Source: Eledone cirrhosa (Eukaryota). Taken from it: a stretch of DNA of 64,000 bases. Shown in pieces: positions 54,063 to 64,000 of this stretch. The DNA is taken from contig OZ024740.1 in NCBI GenBank assembly GCA_964016885.1, positions 65,844,001 to 65,908,000 of the forward strand, written 5' to 3'. The translations under genes were made by a program, and so were the position numbers. Under the pieces are notes generated by a model. It was given only the letters and a program-made list of their open reading frames with translations, ran no database searches and had not been told where the DNA came from. Position 1 is the first letter of the stretch; each line of letters starts with the position of its first letter.

Positions 54063-57000
54063 TATTACCGCACATGTCATATCCAGCGTGTAATTCACGG
54101 CTCAATCATATGACAAGAAACTTGTTTCTGGATTCAAAACGGCATATAATCGTATTCAAGTTCACGTGCATTTCTTTATGATATTGATGCAGCTGAACAC
54201 ATAGATCCCTACGCTTCTAGTGTTTATTTGTTACAGATTTATTCCTTATTCGAAGTTGTAACAACCGAATAACATAAAATAAGCTCCGCGTATATAGCTA
54301 TATAATTTAATGAAACCGTATATCGTAAGGGAATATAGAAAAACTGAACATGCAGTTATTGATGCTGTGCGTTCACTTAGGTAAACTGGAAATAGATATT
54401 TATGTATATTGAAATTATCGAAGAATAATTTGTAGATATAGATAACTGTCTGTACACAATTCTAAAGCGTCCCGCCTTACCAGACAAAATATATTTCATA
54501 GCAAATATGCAGTTCAGTAGCTAAGACTGTACGTAGATAACTCTACTAAAAATGACTATTTTGCGGCGTTAGCTATTTCAATGAGCCATGTCTATGTCCT
54601 GTCAATTGAATCATATTGGACATATGCAATACGGTTGGTTCGAAAAATATAGACTTATTTTGTTTTCATATATGAAAAGAGAATGTGTTTTGTGATGATT
54701 CATACGTAATACTGTACAGTAAATCAAATTACATTTACTCGGATGATATATGCCGGATATGTTATGTTATAATATAGGTAATTGCTCTATAAGTATAAAA
54801 TTATATATTATACAAATTTGATAAAACAGACGAAATTTACTAAGAAGGCTTCATTCTTTTCATAGCAATATTATTAAAATTATATTTGCAAGGGGACACA
54901 TATTTGTTGAAACCAATTCATGTAGAAGGTTCATAATTTATGCTAATAACTGAATGTACTCGAATAATAACTGAAGGTAGTCGATTTTTCGAATTGCATT
55001 CATTGGGAAATACTCTATATTTGATGCTCTACATACCAGGAAGAGCAAATATGTAACTAGGTAATATAGTCAATTAAATATAACTATAATAGTTAATATA
55101 TATATTTGTTTGGTCTTCTGCATATATATGAGCACTTCGTATTAAATGCATCGTTTTATTCCCATGAATCTGATTATTAACATGTTTCCTATACTTGTCT
55201 AAGCTCGTAGTACCTGCTATGTTTGTAATACATCTCACAACAAAAATACAATGGCTTCCCTTATTAGTTATCGTTTTATTTAATAGTATGCCACCATCAC
55301 CATCAGGTCGAACCTGCTCGGCCTTCTACGACACGTTTCCTCCATCCATCCCTGTCTCTCATAGCGTTTGCCAGTTCTTCCGCAGTGCATCCAGTATCGT
55401 CCTCAAATATAGTGTCTAATTATGTTGAAATCCTCAATTTGTCTAGATATTTGGAACGTTTTGCTCCCACAACTTAATACATAAAAGTGTAATTTCATTG
55501 CTATATTTTATTGTAATTCAAAAAGGTGTTTAAAAAAAAAAGAAGAAATGATACAGTGGTTATTGTATAACACTAGAGAATACCTCATTACAAGTATCAA
55601 TTCATTTTTGAATTGCATGTCCAGTTTGTAATTCCAGATAAGATGGATGAGATGAATTTATTTTTGCTGCTGATAAATTATATTAAATCGCCGACATATT
55701 TGTCGGCGATTTAATCCGCTAGAAATCTGAAATCATATTTCTACTTACTTGCGGTTGATATCAAATGCGTTACATATAAGGATATTACCATAATTCGGTA
55801 TTGTACTTACGTAACTACATTTACACACCTAATTTACGAGCCTTTTACTAAAATCTGTATTTCATAGATCATGGATTTACAACGTAAAATCAACGAAGAA
55901 GCAAGAACAATTAAATGAAATAATTTCATACAATATTGCTTTAGTTCCAGATATCTCCAGCAGATTTAATCGCCTGCATACAGGATCACATTTACCCTCA
56001 GTGAATATAACTATATCTTAGCGCTAAATAAATATACAACATAATTCACACCTGAAGCAAAATTCTAGTTAGAATAGGCTTGGAGATTTAGGACACACTC
56101 TCCTGCATTAATGTCTTTATCAAACCGGTCTCTTTCCATATGTATGATATAGCACAGTAAGCAAAGGTTATATAGTAATATAGTAATACTTTATATTATA
56201 TTGCAAAGTTCAAAACGTCCTGAAAATCTAGTCAGCCATGTCATTGAATAGTTGATAAGCTATGAAACTGCTCATTACATAACCTGGTCTGTTATTGTAT
56301 TTTAGTCCAAACACTCATTAAAATATGTTTTTTTTATATATATCAGGTTAATGGGTGAATCAGCAGACGTTAAATTTTGATTGATGAATAAAATGCAGTA
56401 ACAATTTGTGATCATTTATAGTTAGTTGACCCCCAAATTTAGCAACTTTTTATATTTACGCAAGTTCAAATTTTTAATTTAATTTTATTTTAATTTCAGA
56501 GAATTGTATATTACCGTCTATCCTGCAACACTAAAATGTTTGTGATTGCCAACAAACGACGGGTTACTGATAAAGTAAATTTACAAACCAATAGATAATT
56601 GATAAAGTGTCTTCATCTTCACTTAACTTATTTTTAAATTCCGGCATAAAACACACTAGCTTTTTGCAACAAGAAAAATAACATCGAAATAATATGTAAA
56701 ATGTTCCTGTGTGAATTATTAATGGAAGTAAAATAACACTTCACCTGTAAAAGTAGTTATATGATTCATTTATATCCGTTTTCTCTATGCAAAAGCACTT
56801 AAGCACTCTGTCAACATTGCGCATATTGTCGTCGAAGATATATTTTTTTTCTGTTCTTTTTGTTGTTTGTACGTCTTTCGAAGATATGTGTGCAGATAAA
56901 GCGCATTTTCATGGAAATAAACAACAATTTTCTTTTGTTATTTGGAATTGTATCCATTCTCCATTGGTTTACAGTTGAATTATCTTATCAGGTGTCTTAT

Positions 57001-57444
57001 CCTCTACATCACTTTAGCATTAGTTATCCAATTTATCCATTTGTTATCATTTGTTATCCATAATTATCCAATTTATCCATATATAGATAAGTTGACCATG
57101 CCATTTCAAAGTTGACATATTAAAGCATTTGTTGTAGATATATTTTTACTGAGAAACAACTATTTTAAATATATTCATTAATTGTTATTTCATAAAAAGC
57201 ACTTCCAAGATTATGCACACACCAGCGTATATTTATAAACACACAAATATGCACACAGATATCATAGAGTATTTTTGTGTGGTTTTTATTCAAGATACAT
57301 TACGTTCTGAATTCGAGTTGCCTTATATTTGCCTTTGCATTTCATTATTACGAGGTCGATATAATATTCATATATACAGCGTGCTAAAGAATTATCATGC
57401 AAATGGCAGAAATTGTTGTTGACACGCGTACAATTATTGTAGTT

Positions 57445-57630
57445 TTCAGGGAGATTCAGCGTAACACAGAATGCGACAAGGCTAACCCTTTGAATTACAG
57501 GTACAATTCAGTTTTGCCAGGTTAGTTGTCTGGAGCAACGTAAAATAATGTGGCTTGCTCAATAAAACAACGCCGTGCAGTGTATCGAACTCACGACCTT
57601 ATGATTGTCAGCTGAATGCCCTAACAAAAA
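57445..57630 (-). mobile_element. Diverged tRNA-derived SINE, second family
   Basis: Minus strand ggtcgtGAGTTCGATAC B-box, followed by a ttgagcaag-like body. Confidence 0.5.
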
Positions 57631-57879
57631 GTCACGCTCTGAACGACATAATCAGAATGGTAGATAGATGGGTAAATCGATAAATGACATTGTAATGAAA
57701 TACATGATCACGTGATAACCACATTTTGACAGATTTGTGTGGAAAGTGGTAATTGAGAAGTGACTCACAGAGAGAGTTGAGATACCTGGTCAGTGCTATC
57801 TATAGATATTCATGTATAGAATCAGTCAATGAAAACAATCTACCAGTCAAATTATCTGAAAAAGATGTATATTTGGCCA

Positions 57880-58045
57880 CTGAAATTGAGAAAATGTCAC
57901 ACATTCTAAGTTCAAATCCCACCATCTTTGTCTTTCATCCTTATGGCATCGATAAATTAAAGTATCAGTAACGCAGTGAAGTTGTTGTTATGGACATTCC
58001 GCCTCTGCGTCAAATTGCTGGCTTTGTGCCAAAATTAGAAACAAT
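57880..58045 (+). mobile_element. Diverged tRNA-derived SINE
   Basis: aagttcaaatccc...ctttcatccttatgg..tcgataaattaaagta.cagt...gctggctttgtgcc matches the 63735-63930 family. Confidence 0.6.
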
Positions 58046-59116
58046 CATTTTCACTCTGATGCCGTTGAAACTATATCTTTTGGTTGATTTGTGCTCATAG
58101 TCTTTGTAATAACAGTTTTTATCCCTTCACACTATCTCTTTATTCATTCTGTACCCGTAATCGCCTTTCAGAAAAACACATGCAGCCGCAGCATATGAAA
58201 GAATTGAATTGCATTGGAAATATTTGCGTGTTTCAACAAAATATACGTTTGTTCGGGAATACGTTCTGATATATAGAAACATATTACATACAAATACTAC
58301 ATAAGAGAATAAAAGACTGTTTCCTCCCTTGGTGTTATTGATTATACAACTATTGATACAGGGGAAATTCTTTCTCTCTTATAATGCCCTGCTATTTCCT
58401 GATTCTTCGAGAAATGACAACGATAATGTACTTCCAACCATCAGCGTTCATATGAATAGCAAATATTTAATTCAACAAGGTAAAAACTTTTTTTTTATTC
58501 AAGAGCGTGTCATGTTACATGCATATCAGAATCTACAAGTTTCATTATATAGCAATGATTAGATTTAGTTATGTGTCCAAACAAGAATCAATTTCATCAT
58601 TCGTTTATTCTAAACTTAGGAAAGTAGTTACGATATCTTTATATATTACTATATATAAAATAGATATATGCTGATGAGAGCACGTCTTCTGTCGGGTGTC
58701 CCTACAGCGTGTTTATGCGCCTATGTTTGAGTTTATCATGTTGGATTCGTAGATAGGCTGAATTGGGTATATTATTCGTACGAAGAAAAATAGTATACAT
58801 AACGTAGTGCCCTGTACTTAGCTGAATTCTCGAAGCCGTCGGAAGGGACAGCGAAAACGCCTGTGCAAGGATGTTATTAAACGCCAACTGAAGAGAGTAG
58901 GTACATTGATCATGACTACAGAGTACAGCGACTGACCGCAAGAAAATGGAGGAGAAACATTTGTATATTAAAATGGTCGAAATAAAAAGAAAAACACGTA
59001 CCAAACCGAGATCTGCACTAACGACTCTGCCGAATGTATAACATACACACACACAAACATACACTTACACATAACATACGCACACTCACACATATATATA
59101 CATGCATACACGCACG

Positions 59117-59195
<79 letters not shown>

Positions 59196-60269
59196 TTATA
59201 TATGCACACACACACACAGACACACACACAATTATATATATATATATATATACGTGTATATGACTGTGTTTGTGAATATACATAATATCCTTTATTATGT
59301 CTAAGTAGTGATTTTCGTTATTCCAGGCTTTCACCAGTATATTCACAATATCATAAGTTCTGCTGTGTCTTCCCTAATAATTCTATGAGTACACGGATGA
59401 AATTACAGAATAAAAGGAATCATCACCTTATTGTAATAAACATATTACTAAACTCCACTTCGGTATTGAGTAAACAATCTCGCGTCAGACAACATCATTC
59501 GTACATCTGGATATACATAATATATACAAGTGATATTGACTGACGCAATATTGTTTACTCAATACGAAGTAGTGTTTAATAGTAGGGCAGAGGCAGCCGT
59601 CAAATCGTTCGGTATGCAAATTGGGATAATCAGCCGATGTATGTGTTAGAGGAGGTATGGCAAAAATACGGCCCAAGAGCCGTATGCTACTCTTTACAAG
59701 CACACTTGCGGCCCATACACTATTTATTACAGCGCAAATATATATTATCTTCGTAATATATAATATTAAAAAAATAGTTGTAATGTGTGCAGTTAGTTTT
59801 AATATAGAATAGCTTCTACGGGACTAGAACTGTTTCATTCGTGAGAAATCATCGGGAAGCTAAGTGTCCAAGTAGAAATGGTGGTATTTATATATTTTAT
59901 GGTGGTAGGAGAGGGTGAGGAGTGGGATGTGTGCAGGTCGTTGGTTGAAAGAGAAGGGAATTCTTTAAAAGCTAATTCTTTAAAGCTATAATTTATATTT
60001 AGAGTGACAAAGGCTGGAAGAATTCTATAAACAAGTTTAAAATGGAGTGCCACTCCTTATATTTATGTTTCTCTTAAGCTAACAATGCCTATATTCCACG
60101 TGTGTACAGGATGGGTGGAGGTCATGGTTGATCGGTTTAAAGAAAGGGGAATTTTTTAAAAGCTAATTCTTTAAAGCATTACTTAGAGTGACAAAGGCAG
60201 AAGGAATTCTCTCAACAAGTTCAAATTTGAGGTGCCTCTACTTATTGTCCAGTTTTGTGTATAGAATAT

Positions 60270-60620
60270 TATATTAAAAGGAATTCCAACTTTGTCTGAT
60301 TTACTCGTTTTATTTACAATCCTTTAAAATTATAATGATATTATAATGAAATAGTATTGTAGAATATTAAATGTTGAGTGTTAACTGAACAAGTACTTTC
60401 ATGCTTTCGCACTCTTCACGTTCATAGTATGTGGTGACAGTCAAGTTGTCAACGTCAACACAGAGTATGAACCTGGCGATTTCGAAAGCATGAAAGTACT
60501 TGTTCAATTAACACTGAAAATTTAATATTCTACCATACTATTTCATTATAATATCATTATAATTTTAAAGGGTTGTAAATAAAACGAGTAAATCAGACAA
60601 AGTTGGAATTCCTTTTATTA
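60270..60620. repeat. ~135 bp inverted repeat whose arms each begin with a decayed minimal hammerhead (60386-60424 minus; 60468-60506 plus)
   Basis: Minus: UGAAC-GUGAAGA-GUGC gaaa GCAU-GAAA-GUAC-UU-GUUCA. Plus: UGAAC-CUGGCGA-uuucgaaagcau-GAAA-GUAC-UU-GUUCA. Confidence 0.65.
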
Positions 60621-60683
60621 ATATATATATATAAATATACATATATGTATATAAATATATACACACACACAAACACAAACTCG

Positions 60684-60714
<31 letters not shown>

Positions 60715-60741
60715 TTTTTGTATATGTGTGTATATATATAT

Positions 60742-63733
60742 AACGGCGATGAATTAGTTTTGCGAGGTTTTTTATATGAAATCGTGTGTCGAAACAAATA
60801 TTGTTATACTTGGGGAAGGTCATATTTGTGTAATATTGCCAGAATTAATAACAGAACACGCTCACTGTTTGGTTGGTTTTCGCTTTTCGCTTCTGTGTCT
60901 TTTGTATCGGTAATCTAATTTATTCGGTCCTCAATGTTGCCATTGACTGACCAACGGTCAAAAATAATACAGATACAATATAGACACAAACACATATATA
61001 TAGTTTATCAACGTTCTTTCGTTGCACATCTGCAACATCGTCAGTGGTGCTATTGTTTCCTCCCGTTACATTGTATGTCTACGCCATCTTTATTTAGTCT
61101 GTTTATATATTTATTTATTTATTTGTTTGTTTGTTTATTTTATTTTGTCTTCTTTGCGCATGCGTTTGCGTGTGTGTATAGTGTTTTGTTTGATGTGTGT
61201 TCGTGATTGGGTGACTGTGTATCGGTTAATGTATTCTATCTTTACTAGTGTGTGTTTATATGTGTTTGTTGTTATTGTGATTGTGTATGTATTTATTTAT
61301 TCATTTATCTATTTATTTATTTATTTATACTTCTCTTAGGTCAGTTTTTTTTGTTTGGGTGTTGTTGTTATTCCATTCATTCTTTGTGTTTAGTCTTGGC
61401 CTTCTAAGTTCTATTTCACTGGCCTCTCTGATTTGCCAATCTGCTGGGTCATTTCTATGTTTAGATATTATTCTAATTTCTATGTTGTCTATGTTACCGT
61501 CGTGTTGTTGTCTGGCATGTTCGTATAGTACTGACCCGTTTTTTCGTCCTTTTAGTTTCCCCCAGTGTTGCTCTATCCTTTTATCTATGCTACGAGCTGT
61601 CTCGCCTATGTATGTTGTTGTCATGTTTCTGAAAGTACCCTCTGTGTATCTTATGCTATAGACTACGTTTCTAGTTTTACAGTTTATCCGGGGGTTTACC
61701 TTACATATGATACATTTCCTATTAGTACAGTGGGTTTTCTTAAAAGGGTAGGTTTTGCTGATCAGGGATTTTATGGTAGTTCCTGGCTTTTCTACCACCT
61801 TAATCGTTAAGTGGGTCTTCCTCAGGGCCTTTCCACACTGGTTAGCTAATTTCCCTCCAGGGGTGGCGTCCACAAACATGACACTCTGGTATCTCTGGTT
61901 GTCGTACCATGAGGTGGCTTTCCCTATCTTATGTCTAGCCCTATCTAAGCTATTCCATGATTTGCTCCTGTATAATGGGCAAATTCCTTTCATGTCCAGT
62001 TCTATGAGGGTCTTATACTTCTCCATGGCTCCTTCGTATACTCTGCCTCTGTCTCTTTGGTTGTAGCCAGAGAACTGCATGCGGTTGATGAAGTGTTGGA
62101 TGCGTCTTTCCATTTCTGTTGGGTCGCACATGCGAGATACATTCTTCATCACTCATACCAAATCTGCGATCAGAATATTAAACTTAGCACTACTGGACAT
62201 TGCTGAGTTTTTGAGTATCAGGTATTTGGAGGCCATGTGTTTAGCATAGTGTGAGTGAGGATGTGGGCTCTCTCGTCTATAGTGTTAATCCAGAACTCCG
62301 TGTCTAATACAAGTAGTCTATTGTTAGGGTATTTGGAAGGGTAGTCGATAGTTACAGTTATACTCTGGTGTATAGAATTAGCTATCTGCTGGATGCTTTC
62401 CATTGTGCTACGTTCTAAATCAAACTTGTTAGTGCTCTCTAGTGGGGATGTTCTTATAACTATATTGATATCGTCTACGTAACGAGAGTACATGATGAGG
62501 TCTATGGAGCTTTCATTAAGGAGATCTTTAAGTCTCCTTTCCCACCATACCAATAAAAGGTTGTCAACAACACCAGCTATGCTGACGCCAATGGCTGCTC
62601 CCTCATTTTGGGTGTAGATCTTCTCGTTGAACTTGAATATGTGGCCCTTTAGGGTAGTTTTGATACTAGCCCCTATTGCATGTGCGATCATTTTTCTTAC
62701 CTGATCATTGTTTTTGGGGGCCCGTATAGCATTGGTCCACCCAATCCACCTTTCCATGGGAGTCTTTTTTGCCATTGAGGTTATGGTGGGGGGTCTACCT
62801 ATTATGGGTCTAAGGTTATGGCTGTCTAGGTAGTCAGTGTCGTAGGCAAGTCTAAGTAGGAGGCCCAGTTAGTCTGTGTCGACGTCGCAGAACTCCACCT
62901 CACTCTCAATGATCATCTCCACAGATTTTTCCACAGCAAAATCCATGTTAATGGATGGGTACAGTGATACCACATCCATGCTGCCTATTATGCAGTTGGA
63001 TAGGTTCCTATTTTTGTTGCACTCACTGATTCTGCTGAGGGGGTCCTCTGTACTGTCACATACATCTGGGGACATCTTGATTATGGGGCATATAACCATT
63101 GAGACTAAGTAGGAGATCCTGTAGTTGCTAGCTATATTAGCTCCGCATACGGGTCTTGTTGGTGGCCCTGTTGTCGGGTCGTCGACTGTCTTGTGGTCTT
63201 TGCGGTGCCCATACAAGTGTGGTATGCCATTGTTAGACGCCTGGCAGTTGTTGGCAGTACGTCTGCTTGGCTTTAGGATGTCAGTCCACATCATCATGTG
63301 AGCGATGAGGATTTTCTATCTCCCATCATGTGTTTGCTGTGCAATTTCGCTCGTGTTGGTGATGTGGGGTTGCATATCCTTGATGTAGTTCGGCATGCTA
63401 TCTATTGACATCCTACCAGACTTATCTGTGGGTAGACACACTACCTCACCATCCCTTGTGCGCTGCTTGAGGCTAACCAAGCCTTCTACAGGTTTCCTTC
63501 CAAGTTGTTGGGCCTCTGGTCTGCTCTGTCTCTTAGTATACCGGTCTACTACTTGTCTAATCTTATTTCTAGCTATGGTGAACTGTGCCTCTGTCTCGTC
63601 ATCTATTTGTTGTGGTATGCAAACTCTTTTATTAAAGAGTAACCTCGTAGGATAGATATTACCCATCTTATATGTTTTGTCAGCTGGGTTGAAAAATAGT
63701 TTCTCTAAGGGGTTGTCATTATATCTATCGTCA
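60742..63733 (-). mobile_element. Penelope-like element, probably Naiad clade, disrupted ORF (61325-~63730)
   Basis: PTDKSGR, GPPTRPVCG, GSMDVVSLYPSI, Q.EGAAIG, SRYVDD, C..C, CKTRNVVY...YIGETARS. The 3' end abuts (TA)n. Clade assignment is from motif memory only. Confidence 0.85.
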
Positions 63734-63734
63734 T

Positions 63735-63930
63735 AGTGCGGTGGATTGGCAGTATTGGTAGAGATTCGGACGCCATGCTTTCCAGCATAGTTACGTCCCT
63801 TTTCGATCCGAGTTCAAATCCCGCCGAGGTTGACTTTGCCTTTCATCCTTACGGGGTCGATAAAATAAAGTACCAGTAATGCACTGGGTATTTGCTGGCC
63901 TTGTGCCTAAAGTACAAACAATTATATCTA
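63735..63930 (+). mobile_element. tRNA-derived SINE
   Basis: TGGCAGTATTGG A-box, GAGTTCAAATCC B-box and conserved body, followed by a simple-repeat tail. Confidence 0.85.
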
Positions 63931-64000
63931 TCGTCATAATTGTGTGTGTTGCTATTATTGTTATTATGGTGGTTGTTGTTGTTCCTATCATTAGCATTAT

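Noticed and set aside
50378-60260. Host exons in the repeat-poorer region
   Set aside because: Only short ORFs without recognisable domains; faint LINE-like debris near 58690-58960 and 59890-60250. Small exons cannot be excluded without transcript data.
61010-61050. HHR-like core in Naiad-like 3' UTRs (CUGACGA-u-GUUGCA gaug UGCAAC-GAAA; also near 33253, 38600, 39563 and 49575)
   Set aside because: Core and stem II are present but I could not form stems I and III, so it is not called a ribozyme. A family consensus could rescue it.
62153-62155. In-frame TGA in the Naiad-like ORF as possible selenocysteine
   Set aside because: The context DLV*VMKNVS fits a CGA (Arg) to TGA CpG decay rather than a Cys position.
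63735-63830. tRNA gene
   Set aside because: A and B boxes are present but there is no cloverleaf, and the sequence continues into a multi-copy SINE body.

Overview
AT-rich, microsatellite-dense eukaryotic DNA with no recognisable host gene. The tRNA-derived SINEs and repeat landscape suggest a cephalopod such as Octopus, but this is inference. About two thirds of the window is stacked retroelements. (1) Many Penelope-like elements (PLEs; Neptune-like, Naiad-like and a third group) sit in (TA)n tracts, often with an inverted 5' piece. (2) Six R4/Dong-clade LINE copies are stacked head-to-tail in (TAA)n, and one has an intact 1130-aa RT plus restriction-like endonuclease ORF. (3) A decayed L1/Tx1 element, several SINEs, a non-autonomous Helitron and several long inverted repeats make up the rest. 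The main signal is invisible in the ORF track: about 20 type I hammerhead ribozyme (HHR) motifs read by eye, intact or decayed. They include two unrelated families of non-coding tandem repeats (592-595 bp units at 6.1-7.0 kb and 39.9-41.2 kb; 518 bp units at 28.9-30.1 kb) with one HHR per unit. These are candidate large non-LTR retrozymes or circular-RNA-forming non-autonomous elements mobilised by PLEs. Two HHR families use the compensatory U3-A8 core. All folds and alignments were done by eye and most boundaries are approximate.
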